Positions 48,721 to 61,393 of a stretch of DNA of 64,000 nt are shown here, one piece after another (position 1 is the first letter of the stretch; each line of letters begins with the position of its first letter). A model generated the notes under the pieces. It saw only the letters and a list, made by a program, of their open reading frames with translations, searched no databases and was not told where the DNA came from. The DNA lies in the NCBI GenBank assembly GCA_043228905.1, contig JBHGNT010000006.1, positions 7,192,001 to 7,256,000 on the forward strand, in the 5' to 3' direction. Source of the stretch: Azolla caroliniana. Taxonomy: Eukaryota; Plantae; Polypodiophyta. Position numbers and translations under genes: made by a program.

Positions 48721-49015
48721 GGATCTGTGTGTTCTTTTGGAGGATGCTACTACTAACTACAAGCTTCTTGCAAAATAGGATTGCACAAGTTGGGGGTGTA
48801 ATGTCGATTCATCACTGAAAAGGGGGGGGGGGGGGGGTGTTGGCAATGATGGTTAAAAGATGAATGATGCATTGGTAAAGATCAAAAGGATATGGGCATC
48901 TTTTTGGAGGAATATGTGGTTGCAAGTAAATTGACCATGGATCTGGGTGTCTTTTTGGAGGATGTGGTTGCAAATAAATTGACCGTAACAGGTTTGTGGG
49001 TTTTCTTAAATATAA

Positions 49016-49018
49016 ATA

Positions 49019-49069
<51 letters not shown>

Positions 49070-49084
49070 ATATATATATATATA
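49016..49084 (+). repeat. (TAAA)n and (TA)n microsatellite
   Basis: Directly visible. Confidence 0.9.
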
Positions 49085-49099
49085 CGTCCACTATTCACA

Positions 49100-50050
49100 T
49101 TTAATGTGTTTGCCACTTATCCATTGTAGTTTCACTTTCCCTTGCCAATCATTGTTATTGGGTTTAGAACTTTGGAGCCCTCCCTTATCAATGCTAACAC
49201 ACCCATTATTTGACTTATGCCCTTTTTTTTTTCCCAAACAAGATATCCTTCCCTTAGTTTTAAAAAGCATATCTGCTACAAAATACAACCAATAGGTCAG
49301 CGCTGCTGCTTCCAGCAACACCTTTGTTTCAAAAAACTTCAAAAGCTTCCTATAGAGCCTTGTGAAAAAGGGAATGATGTACAAAGCATTACTCACCTAT
49401 TGCAGATATTTATTCTGTAATTCAAACACATTCTGTACAAATGCTTGGTCTAATCCTCAATGCATGGCATCTTGAATGCTTCTTTTCCAATAACTGTTTT
49501 GGAGGTAAATTGACCTCCACACTGTTGCTTCAAGTTTGCTTCATGATCATCATTTGCACTCTTGTCAAATAGAAGCCTCTGATCAAGCTTCTTCCTTTAG
49601 AAATCTGCAAACAGATCCTTATGACTTATGTATGCAAGAAGATTAACAACCTTTTCAAGTGTTTCCAAATCATCCGAAAAGCTGAAACAACCATCTAACG
49701 AAGTGAGATTTGTACACATAGTTAAATCACCCAGAAAGTTCACTACATGAGGTTTTGTATTCTCCTTCTCGAAGAATATGAAAGTGACCACATCTGGCAT
49801 TACAAGTTCATGCTGCAATTCAATAAAAAGATGAAATGCTTCCTCTTCTTCCCCTTGATTGTTGCTGCAATATGCTTCACTTAAAGTATTCCATGAGACT
49901 ACAATCATCTCACACATATCTTCAAATGTCGATGAAGTTTCTTCCAAAGCACCACCTTTGCCATACATATCGATGAGTAAAGTATTGACCATAATATATT
50001 TTTCAATCTCATCTCAAACCACATGTTCATGAATAATATACCCATCTCTC
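49100..50050 (-). pseudogene. PLS-class pentatricopeptide repeat (PPR) pseudogene fragment
   Basis: NTLLIDMYGKGGALEE...VVSWNTL...EAFHLF...PDVVTF; downstream degenerate, possibly E-domain-like frame; broken ORFs. Confidence 0.7.
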
Positions 50051-50950
50051 AATGACCCTCAAGAAAATATGCTTCAACCCCTACACCTTCTTCACTCATC
50101 CATATAGCAAAAAATTCTTCATTCAATCCACATCAATCATCTCTCCAATCACGCCAAGTTCTTGTACAACTAAAAACGAAATAAATGTAAACTATTTCCT
50201 CCTCCCTCATGGTCTGCTTCGACTCCCACACCATTGTCACTCATCCTCTCATCATATTATTATGCTTCAATCCCTATTGCCGCACCATCAACACACATCA
50301 TAATGACAAAACCTAAAATGTTCTTCATTCAATCCACATCAACATCTTAATGAGCCGACCATCTTGGCATCTCGCCAATGGCCACAAAAATCATGTATTA
50401 ACAACAGAAAATTAGTCTAAAAGTTTCCTCACCTACTCATGGTAGCCAGCTTTGACCCCCCCACCATCTTCACTCATCCTTACAGAAAAAATTTCTTCAT
50501 TCAGTCCACATCACCATCTCGCCGATTACTACTGAATTCCTGTACAAATAACAACAAAATGAGTCCACAATATTTCCTCCTCTCCTCATGATCTGCTTTG
50601 TCCTGCACACCATCATCACTCATCCTCTCATGATAGCGATATGCTTCAACCTCTACCATCATTATTCCTCACCCTAATGAACAACAATATATATATATAT
50701 AAATCTCCCAAACGATGTCGTATATGAACAAAATGATATTATAGTACCCTCATCACCTCTAAAAAAACAATGCTTCGATCCACACACCATCTCAAGTCCG
50801 CCTTATGAAAAAAAATTCTTCATTTAGTCCACATCAACCATCTCGCCGAATTCCTGTATAAATAACAAAAAAATGAATGCAGACTATTTCTCATCATCAT
50901 TAGTCATCGTAGTGAGAAACCTAAAAACTTCTTCATTCAGTCCACCTAAC
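50050..50950 (+). repeat. Degenerate tandem repeat
   Basis: ttcttcattca(a/g)tccacatc recurs near 50115, 50321, 50493, 50816 and 50929 with shared flanks. Confidence 0.65.
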
Positions 50951-51593
50951 AAAGAAAAGAGAAAAACAGACTCCAAATTTGAAAATTACTAAACTCATAA
51001 GTAATTCTCCCTTTTAGTCAAAGTGACACCACTCTCTTCTCTGTTCATTAAATCAGTGCTAGCCCTCAACATCTTCATCACTCATCCTTTTCCAAAATTA
51101 GAAGATGCTTCATTTTCCTCATCCACCATCTCACCCCTATCACTCCACATGCCTGCCCCTATCACATCCACCTCTCTATGTCATTCCTCACAACTGTGTT
51201 TGAAATAAGAAAGGACTAGGAGGAGAGAATAACCAACGTGGTGGAGCATAATTCCAATGATCTTCATGTGATTCATCCATCCAGAGAGGTATTGGCCACC
51301 ATATTTTACGAAGTTTTCGCCTTTTCTTATGCACCTTTTCCAGTGTTCCTTTAATACTATCATACTCTCCCTTAATCGTGTGCACCAAGTTGTCCCAGAA
51401 CATCTTAATCATATCGACAACATTGTAATCAATGCCTTCATATTTCTTGCTGCAACGACACTTCCACCATACCCATAAAGCATTAATTGAGACAATATTC
51501 CAAACAAAAGAATTTTTAAAATATTTACCACCAACAATGTTAGGACGAACGGCTTCAATTGTACTCTCTAACATACGTAATCCTTTGGAGCGT

Positions 51594-53574
51594 TGTCGTG
51601 ATGTGGCGTGCTCGAGAGTGGGAAAAACCAGCGAAAGGGGGGGGGGGGGGTCAAAATGTGCATGTGCAATGTGTGTGCACACAAAGGTGATGAATCGTGC
51701 ATATGCAAAATAAAAGGGAAAAGAAAAGGGTGGAAAGGATGCATAGAAGCCCGTGTAAAAAGTAAGAGAGAGGAGAGATAAAAAGTAGAGGGGAGATAGG
51801 CTAAGAATTTATAAAGATAAAATCATATATTAGAGAGTTAATGGGCTAGAGGATAGTCATATTGACTTTTAGTTAGAGGTGCACGGTTCAAATCTAGTCT
51901 TATAGTGTAGTGTAATTTAAGGAATTTTATTCCTTTTTGCATTAAAGACGAAATTGGGGACCCCCCTTCTTTTTTTTTTCCCTATAAAAGGAGGTCGAGG
52001 GGGGCTCATTCGGGAAGATGTTTTGGGAGGAGGAGACTATCGCCATTTTACCTTCGGAGCTCTTCATCTTCTTATTCACCACTTCTCTTCATCTCATACC
52101 CCTTCATCCCCCCACCGCCACATGCTCGTCTTCTTTGCGTCGGCACTCAAAGTGCTCGTGAGCCCAAGCTTCGTTGGTTCGATGTTGCTCCGCCTCGTTC
52201 GTCGTTGCGAGCCCGTGTGCTTATCGTCCGGGTGGTCTTTGTTTGTTGGGATTGACATTTTGGTGGTGCTCGTGTGTTCATCTTCGCCGTGTTCAGATTT
52301 GCTCTTGTCTTTAAGGGCATTTAGTATTTATGTTTTGATTGAGCTTGTGGTTAACTATAAGTTGCCATTGTAATTAAAGGGTCCTCTTGCATTCGAATCG
52401 AACACGTATTTATTTCTTTGGCTGATATCATTTGTGTTTCTTTCTTTCTTTCTTTCTTTGTTCGTGTCTTCCTTGTACGTCCAGTCGTCTTGTGACGAGG
52501 GTGCGTTTCGGGCATGCCCATGCACCTCTCCTCCTCATAAAGACGTACAAGCATTTGTGCGTGTGTTTGTGTCTTCCTTGTACGTTCGGCCGTCTTGTGA
52601 CGAGGGATCGTTTCGGGCTTGCCTATGCACCTCTCCTCCTCATAAAGGCGTACGAGCATTTTGTGCTTGTGTTTGTGTCTTCCTTGTACGTTCGGTCATC
52701 TTGTGATGAGGGACCATTTTGGGCTTGCCCATGCACCTCTCCTCCTCATAAAGGCGTACAAGCATTTGTGTGTGTGTTTGTGTCTTCCTTGTACGTTCGG
52801 CCGTCTTGTGACGAGGGAGCGTTTCGGGCATGCTCATGCACCTCTCCTCATAAAGACATACGAGCATTTGTGCATGTGTTTGTGTCTTCCTTGTACGTTC
52901 GGTCGTCTTGTGATGAGGAACTGTTTTGGGCTTGCCCATGCACCTCTCCTCCTCATAAAGGCGTACGAGCATTTTGTGCGTGTGTTTGTGTCTTCCTTGT
53001 ACATTCGGTCGTCTCGTGACGAGGGAGCGTTCGGGCTTGCTCATGCACCTCTCCTCCTCATAAAGGCGTACGAGCATTTTGTGTGTGTGTTTGTGTCTTC
53101 CTTGTACGTTCGGTCGTCTTGTGACGAGGGAGCGTTTCGGGCGTGCTCATGCACCTCTCCTCCTCATAAAGGCGTACAAGCATTTCTGCATGTGTTTTGT
53201 GTCTTCCTCGTACATTCGATGTCTTGTGACGAGGGAGTGTTCGGGCATGCCCATGCACCTCTCCTACTCATAAAGACGTACGGGCATTCGTGTTTGTGTT
53301 ATTGTCCCCTTGTGCGTTCATCTTGCGTGCTCATCTTGCTTGTACCCGTTTGATCACTTGGCTCGTGCGGTGATCTCGAAAGGTCGACGAGTCGTGATCA
53401 ACGAGAGCCACCAGCCTCACAAAACAAAGTGCAATGAGACCTTGCTCGAGAAGGGGTCGAGAAGTAGTATTGCCGTAAAGCAAACCTCGGGTCTTCTCTA
53501 TCCCTTGAGTACTCCCTAGTCCAAGACCCTCGTGGTCCCGCCCAAGTAAGACACATGCACGAAACTTCGTGACA
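51594..53574 (+). mobile_element. Solo LTR 'G' of the Trp-primed Ty3 group
   Basis: tgtcgtg...cgtgaca; TSD gcgt/gtgt; ctataaaagg near 51982; conserved U5 motif ccaagaccctcgtggtcccgcc. Confidence 0.88.
52464..53310 (+). repeat. Tandem array, about 105 bp x 8, inside LTR G
   Basis: Unit gtgtcttccttgtacgttcgg...cctctcctcctcataaaggcgtacgagcatt; starts at 52464, 52569, 52675 and onward. Confidence 0.92.
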
Positions 53575-54559
53575 GTGTTGCTCCACCTCATACAAAGATA
53601 CTTGCACATTCAAAGACCCCCAGAAAATAGCCCCCCATGTAAAAATTGCTCCCTTATATTTACAAGAAAACATCCTCAATATTCTTCCCCAATAGTTTCG
53701 AGCTACATTACAAGTCCAAAATAAATGTTTTAAAGTTTCCTCTTGTACTTGGCAACACACACAATGACGATCATCGACTTGCCCTTTTAAATGAAAACCT
53801 ACAGGTAAAACATAATGAATCATTAACCACTTAAAAGAAATTGCTCTCCGCATACATGGTAAAGCCCATAAAGTTTTCCAAAATGTCCCCATATATTGAT
53901 GTGATATGGCACTTGACTCCCAATGCTTTTGTGCAGTAGGATTTACACATTGCCGTTGCATAAAAAATTGTCTCCCATATGCAACAGAGTATTGGAAAAA
54001 CGGAAGAATCCTACTCACTTGTTCATTTGTCAAGGAACAACCAACAAAATGCCATGCATAATCAGCTCGGTCCCACTTCTTTCATATTTTGTTTTGGTGA
54101 TCACATTGACTAGAATTTCGAAACTTTACAACCTGCCTTTTTCTTCCATCAGACGCGATTTCATGAAAATCCGCCCCCACCAAAAAAACATGTCCTATAT
54201 TATGTGCCAAAATATGGTGTCAGGGAAGCATTTGTCATGATGGTGTCCCTCTTCCTATTGATTTACAAGTTTTCTTTATTAATATCCCACCTACATATAC
54301 TGTGAAATGCACATAAAATATCAAAACTAGCCTACTTAGGTTCTTACTTCTTGCTCAATTTATAGTTGATACAAAGGTACCCATTTGGGTTGGCTTAGCT
54401 ACATACGTGCTAAAAAGGGTGTTCTAAAAAGATGGGTTGGCTTAGGTACATGCATATAAAAAAGGGTGTGCTAAAAGGGTGGCATAAAGGCACACATGCA
54501 CACCACATTTCCCCTTGAGAGAAACAAGGAGGTTTACGACATGCGGATAGAACAAGGGT

Positions 54560-54950
54560 CAGAAGCTGGGCTTGGGGTGGCATAAAGTTTGATGCATGCA
54601 ACATGGGAGGAGGTGAATTGGCTGTTGGAATCGCATCAAAGCAAGTACATGGTGGATGTGGTGGCACAAACTACAGTGAACGAGTTGAATCCCTCGATGC
54701 TTCTGGCGTTGTTGTGTGACTTGTAGGTTTCGGGACCTGGTTTCTCGAAGGAAGGGGAGCATCTGTTGGAGATAGAGCCCCCAAGTGGCACTATCCATGT
54801 TGGTAGGGTTGGAATGGACGATTCTGGTGGGAGGCGAGGGTCACGCCCATAGAGTGCTTGAAAAGGGTTGATTTGTGTGGCCATCTCTTGCTTGAGGGTC
54901 TTGTTGAGGTCATTTGTTTGAAAGATTAATCGCTCCTGTGGACTGAGTGT
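54560..54950 (-). pseudogene. Ty3 integrase C-terminal fragment
   Basis: LNKTLKQ...NPFQALYGRDPRLP...RNLQVTQQRQK. Confidence 0.55.
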
Positions 54951-55512
54951 TGCTAAAGACCTTTCCTCTATATTAATACGCATCATCAAACACAAAAATA
55001 CCCACAATGAGGTAAAGATACATCTCATTTGCAAAGGTGCACATGTGTGGGTAGAGTATAGGCACAAAGGTGTTAAGAATTAGGTAAGTAATTAAGCAAG
55101 GCTTAATTAGTACCTAATTATGTGATTAGTGAATAAGCGGAAGATTAAGTGATATGTGTGTGAGAGGAAGAGAGAGAGAGAGAGATACACTTATGAACAA
55201 CACAAGATGGGGGATGAGTAAACTAGAGTGTATATTATAAAACATCATCATCAAATACAAAAATACCCACAATAAGGTATATATACATCTCATGTGCAAA
55301 GGTGCGCATGTGTGAGTAGAATATAGGTACTAATGTGTAAGTCCTATACTAAATATACTTAGGAGTGGAGGATCTAGAATATCCCACTTAAGTACAAGGT
55401 CCTATTTAAGGCGTTATAGTCAACACTTTTAACTAGATTTTATCTAGGTAACTATGAAGTTACATAGTTGACTAACTAGCTAAACTAAGTTGAGCTTGAT
55501 CTCTCAACACGC

Positions 55513-56217
55513 TGTCGTGAAGATTTTCGACTACGGTGAGAAAACTAGGAGGGACAAATAAAATGGGGATGTGTAACGTTGCACATGCACTTGCAAATTT
55601 GTGTAATAAGAATAAGTAAACAAAATGTAATGGGAAGGGTAATAATCTAAGGTGCTAAAGGTGCACCACAAAGTTCGTAGAGGCATAAATGTGATGTGCA
55701 CTTTGTAGAGTATGAGGTGAGTAATGGGCATAGTAGTATGTGTGAGGAGTGAGAGCTAAGGCCCCATCAATCCCTCTTCCTAGAATCTAAGAAAATATCC
55801 CCATTGAATAAAGGGGATATTTAGTCTCTCCTTTTTGTAACAACTTTCTCTCCTTATGCTATAAAAGGAGAGGAAGGGACAACATTGAGGGGGTTGCCTA
55901 TTTTGAGTGAGAAGAGGTATACCACTTAGGTCAAGGGTTTCTATTCGATTTAGGGTTTCTTCATCTCTTTCTTTACTTATCCGATTAGGGTTTACATTCT
56001 ACTTATGTTTTGAGTTCGGCCCACGCAGCTGCGGTTGTAATCACATTGCGGCTTTCATGCCCATAATATACATAACTTCATAAATCTTGTCTCTTTCTAC
56101 TTTCTCTATCGTGTTAATCTCTTCCACTTTGCTCATACCCGTCTTCCCATCTACTCCCTAGTCCAAGACCCCCGTGGTCTCGCCTTATTCTACACGCACG
56201 CGCGGAAATACGCGACA
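55513..56217 (+). mobile_element. Solo LTR 'H' of the Trp-primed Ty3 group, inserted at the Copia PPT/LTR junction
   Basis: tgtcgtgaag...acgcgaca; TSD acgc/atgc; ctataaaagg near 55859; U5 motif ccaagacccccgtggtctcgcc. Confidence 0.9.
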
Positions 56218-59200
56218 ATGCCCCCTCAAGCTCAAGTCTAAGGCGTCCGACATCCGGCGTTGTTTTCGGCGTTGTCCGGCTTTCGATGTCGGCGTCTGTG
56301 CAGCTTCCGTCCGGCCTTCGGCTTTCTTCGCTGTGGCAATCTCCGGTCCTCCCCCTCAAGCCGGTGATGAAGGCTTGTAGTATGTGAGCGAAGCCCGACT
56401 ACTTCCACCCATCGTGGATGACGAGCCACTTCGGTGGAGCTCTTGGGCTCTTGTTTGGCCACTACCTTCATTGTGAAGGTGTAATGATGGGCCATGTACT
56501 CATTGTAGCCGTGTTGCGTGGCGGGGTTCTTAGCTGTAGATGAGCGTCAAAGTTTTTCGCTTGCCGATGGGAGCGCCTTCTTTACTACGGGTGTACGCAT
56601 GATGGGTACACCAAACTTACTGTCTAGTGAGGGGGACGATCCATCCGAGTCATTATCGTCGGGTTGGTCGACTTCGTATTCGGGCATCTTACCTTTGCCT
56701 TTGTCCAAGTTCGTACTTGGCCGCGACATGCTTGGGTCGCGTGGGGGCTCTTGTGGCCCACTAGGCTTTGTCGTAATCGGACTTTCTTCATTTATATGCG
56801 CGAGTTCTTGTTCGGCGTAATCCGCATCAACCGTAGTCGGAGTCGAAGAGGTCTCTGGTGCGTACCAAGATGCGTACTCGTTGAAGACTACGTCTCAACT
56901 TACGCGAACTTCTCGCATTGACGGGTTGTAGCACTTGTATGCCTTCTTCTCGGACGAGTATCCTACGAGGATTCATCTCTCCGACTTCGCGTTGGGCTTC
57001 TGTCGTTGTTTGTTCGGCATGCGTACATCCACAATGCTCCCGAACACTTTGAGATGCGACAGGATCGGCTTCCTTCCAACAAGGAGCTCATATGGAGTTA
57101 GCTCATGCACTCCATTCGTGGGGCATCGATTCATGAGATAGACGGCCGTAGATGTCGCTTCGGCCCAATAGAAGTTCAACATGTTTTTCTCATATAACAT
57201 GGCCCGTACTACCTCAAGTATTTGCCGATTCTTCCTTTCGGTGATTCCATTTTGTTGGGGTGTGTGTCGGCATGAGAATTCTCTCATAATGCCTTCACTT
57301 TGGAGGTAGGAGGTGAACTCGTCGGAGAAGTACTCCTTCCCACCGTTCGATCGTAAACATTGAATGTGCCGACCGGTTTCTTTTTCGACTTGACACTTGA
57401 GCTTTTGGAAGTGAGAGAGCACTTCGCTTTTCTTCTTCATCGGGTAGATCCACGCGTAGCGTGAGTAGTCGTTGATGAAGGTTACGTAGTATCAACATCC
57501 GCCGTTTGTCGGCGTTTGAGCCGGTCCCCATACATCCGAGTGTATGACATCGAGGAGGCCTTTGCTTGCGGAGCTCTCCTTCGAGAATTGGAGTCGATGT
57601 TGTTTGCCGAGTTGACACGCTTCACATACTCGATCGACTCGTTTTGACTCGAATATCTGAAGTCCGATGACGACTCCCTTGGTTTGCATCGCTCGAAGCC
57701 GTTGGAGGTTTATGTGGCCAATTCTCTTGTGCCACAACTCGATGCTTGTCTCGGTTTTGAGACCTTTGGCATACATTGCCGATTTCACCTCGTTCGAATC
57801 GAGGATGAACATTTGGCCGTCTCTCCGCCCCTTAGCTATGAGTCAGCCATCTTTCTCAATGAAACAAACTTCGTTGTTGAAGCGGACTTGCATGCCTTTC
57901 TCCACGATTTGGCCGACCGAGACCAAATTCTTCGTTATTGTGGGCATGTGCAAGACATTCTTGATGCAAGTTTGCTCGCCTTCTTTCCCGAATGGGACAT
58001 TGCCGATCTGCCGAATGGGGCGTGTGGTGTCGTATCCTATCTCTATGAAGCCGGGTCAATCCGGCGTTCATAAATCACGAAACCACTCTTCATGAGATGT
58101 CATGTGATGTGAGGCACCGGAATCAACGAACCACACGTCTTCCGAGTTGGAGGTGCTTGCGGAGTTGGAGGCCGTCATAGAGTTCGCTCTATGCATCATT
58201 ACGAACATTCCGCCACGGTCGTCGTAGTCGGAATTTGGGGCGTAATTTGTAAACATTTCACTACGATTGTCGTAGTCCGAATTCGACGCGTAATTCGTGA
58301 ACATTCCACTACGGTTGTCGTGGTCGGAGTTCGATGCGTAGTTTGTGAGGTGTCGACTTGTTGAAGTCGACTCACTTCTCTTTTTCCGACACTCCGCCTC
58401 GTAGTGGCCGATTTTGCCGCAATAATTGCAAGTTGCGGGCCTCGTTTGCCAACCATGTTCGGTGTGGAAGCTCCCCCTTCTTCCGAAGGTTCCTCGATGG
58501 CTTCCGTGAAGGTTTGAGTTCCCTTCGCGTGATGGGTCAAATTGACCTCTTCTACCACCGTGTCCTCCTCCTCGGCCACCGTCCGAATTTGAGAAGAACA
58601 TTTGTCCTTCCGACATCTTGCTTTTGGTTCGGATGTGGTTCTCTTCGACCAATAGCATTGATTGAAGGTCAAAGAATGAAGGAGGATTTTCCCTCGCCAA
58701 GATTGCCATCCTCAACGAGTCGAATCGTTGTGCGAGGCTGCCCAAGCATACTTGAACCATCTCTGTCTTCGTCGACGTTTATTTTGATGGAGCCAAGCAA
58801 GTCGCAAATGCTCTTGATCTTGGTGGTGTAGTCCAACACAGACATATCTTCTTACCGAATGTTATTCAACTCTTGTCGGAGTTGAAGCTTTCGGGTGGTT
58901 GTGTTAGCGGCGAACATTTTCTTTAAGTTCGCCCACACTTCTTTAGGCATCTTGGCGTCTCGAATATGACTAAGCATGTGGTCGTGGACACATGTTGCCA
59001 AGCAATACATGACTCGACTAGCCACTTGCTCCCATGTTGCGTAGTCGGCGTTCTTTGAGTCGGGTCGATTTTCTTGAGCGCCGTTGATGTAGCTCCAATA
59101 CCCTTGGCCGACGAGGTATTGGGTCATCTTGTACTCCCAAGATGAATAATTGCTCCAGTCTAGCTTTTCACTAGGGAGCGAGCTACCCATTTGTGTGTTC

Positions 59201-59478
59201 ATGTTGATTGTAGTTTCTTCTCTTCTTTTGCTTTTCTTCCTTCGATCACGTACACGTGCTACGTAGCAACACTATGATAGCCGATAGCCGGATTTTGTCG
59301 TCGGCGTCTCGAACACACAATCATGGAGTCGGGTGGGTTTAGTGGATTTTCTAAACCACATGCTTTGATACCATGTTCAGAATTAGGTAAGTAATTAAGC
59401 AAGGGTTAATTAGTACCTTATTATGTGATTAATGAATAAGTTGGAGATTAAGTGATATGTGTTTGTTTGTGTGTGAGA

Positions 59479-59481
<3 letters not shown>

Positions 59482-59557
<76 letters not shown>
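59482..59557 (+). repeat. (AG)n microsatellite expanded inside the Copia 5' LTR
   Basis: About 38 units, versus a much shorter run in the partner LTR near 55170. Confidence 0.9.
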
Positions 59558-59560
<3 letters not shown>

Positions 59561-59882
59561 CACTTATGAACAATACAAGATGGGGGATGAGTAAACTAGA
59601 GTGTATATTATAAAACATCATCATCAAATACAAAAATACCCACAATAAGGTATATATACATCTCATGTGCAAAGGTGCACATGTGTGAGTAGAATATAGG
59701 TATTAATGTGTAAGTCCTATATTAAATATACTTAGGAGTGGAGGATCAAGAATATCCCACTTAAGTACAAAATCATATTTAAGGCTTTATAGTCAACACT
59801 TCTAACTTGATTCTAATTATGCAACTACTAAGTTACATGGATGACTAAATAGACAAACCTAGTTGTGCTTGATATCTCAACA

Positions 59883-61393
59883 CGGCCCCTCAAGCTCAAG
59901 TGTGACGTGTCTGACATCCTGTTTTGCTTTCAGCGTTGTCTGTCTTTCGATGTCGGCTTTTGTTCGGCTTTCGGCGTCGGCATTTACGTGGCAGTCTCGG
60001 TTCCTCCCCCTCAAGCCTGTGATGAAGGCTTGTAGTGTTAGGTGGTCGAAGGCCAAGTGCTTGCATCTCGTCGTCCACGGTTTCCATCCCTTGGTGGCCA
60101 CGAGCCGCTTCTGTAGAGTTTTCAGGCTCTCATTCGGCCGCTACCTTCATCGTGAAAGCATAGTGATGGGCCATATACTCGTTGTGGCCGAGCCGAGTGA
60201 TGGGGTTCTTCTCTCTACCATGTCCTGAACCAACCACCCATTGCAATACCTTCCACACCTCGACCTACCATAGGGACACTTTTCACGACCTCTAGGGTCA
60301 CGAAGGTCATAAAAAATTTACAACATAGGAAATCCATGGACCACACAGGATTGCGAGCTGAGCATATAATATATGCTCGAGAGTGCCTAGCCCCCTTTCT
60401 CACCCTAATCTTCAATCGCGCCCTCACCGAGGGTTTTCCAGCACAATGGACCATGAACGTAGTGGCCCCTATACATAAAGGAGGGGGAACCCAAATACAT
60501 AGACCATTATGATAGGTCATACACTCGCTAAACTTTATGGTGCATTAATGAAAGCAGAGCTCATCGATTATATGGAAACATTAAGTCTTTAAGCACCTGA
60601 GCATGCTGGTTTCCTTCCGACAAGGAGCTCATATGGAGTTATCTCATGCACTCCATTAGTGGTGCATCGGTTTATTAGATAGACGGTTGTGGATGCCACT
60701 TCGGCCCAATAGAAGTTCGGCATGTGCTTCCCATGCATCATGGTGCGTGCAACCTCGAGTATGTGCCGATTCTTCCTTTCGGCTACTCCATTTTGTTGGG
60801 GTGTGTGTCGGCACGAGAATTCTCTCCGAATGCCTTCACCTTGGAGGTTGGAGATGAATTCGTCAGAGAAGTACTCCATCCCTCCATCCGATCTTAAGCA
60901 TCGAATGTGCAGACCAATTTCTCTTTCGACTTGGCCCTTGAGCTTTTCACGTGTGGCGCGAGTAATCGTCGATGAAGGTGACAGAGTACCGGCATCCTCC
61001 GATTGTTGGTGTTTGAGCTAGTCCCCATACATCCAAGTGGATGATGTCAAGGAGGCCTTTGCTTATGTAGCTCTCCTTTGGAAATGTGAGTCGATGTTGT
61101 TTGCCAAGTTGACATGCTTTGCACACTCAGTTAACTCGTTTCGACTCAAAGGTCAGAAGCCTGATGATGACTCCCTTTGATTGCATAGCTCGAAGCCATT
61201 GGAGGTTGATGTGGCCGATTCTCTTGTGCTACAACTCGATGTCGGTGTTGGTTTTGAGGCCTTTGGCATACATGGCCGATTTCACCTCGTTCGAATTGAG
61301 AATGAACATTCTGCCATCTCTCCATCCCTTGGCTATGAGTCGACCATCGTTTTCTATGAAGCATCCTTTGTTGTTGAAACGAACTTGCATGCC
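59883..61393 (-). mobile_element. Second, tandem copy of the RT-less Copia internal region sharing LTR 59374-59882
   Basis: PPT cccctcaagctcaag directly after the LTR; TTSLHHRLEGE tail; integrase 60589-60879 similar to 56973-57440. Confidence 0.82.
60222..60612 (+). pseudogene. Non-LTR (LINE) RT fragment replacing part of the Copia copy
   Basis: FPAQWTMNVVAPIHKGG...IMIGHTLAKLYG...HAGF, the early RT subdomains of a non-LTR element. Confidence 0.65.

Larger units (their letters stand above)
51188..54240 (-). mobile_element. L1-type LINE 3' fragment split by solo LTR G
   Basis: CVCCQVQEETLKHLFWTC (53398-54033) and ALWVWWKCRC...WNYAPPRW (51188-51593). Confidence 0.8.
55071..59882 (-). mobile_element. 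Ty1/Copia element with gag-PR-INT but no RT/RNase H
   Basis: LTRs 55071-55509 and 59374-59882; Met-type PBS 59362-59373; gag 58852-59202; CCHC and WFVDSGAS 58068-58760; LWHKRIGH...HSDVWGP; integrase 56973-57440; PPT ccccctcaag at 56221. Confidence 0.88.

Noticed and set aside
52464-53310. Regular repeats resembling a CRISPR array, with repetitive ORFs
   Set aside because: Whole units repeat with no unique spacers, there are no cas genes and the context is a eukaryotic LTR; the ORFs are by-products of the repeat.
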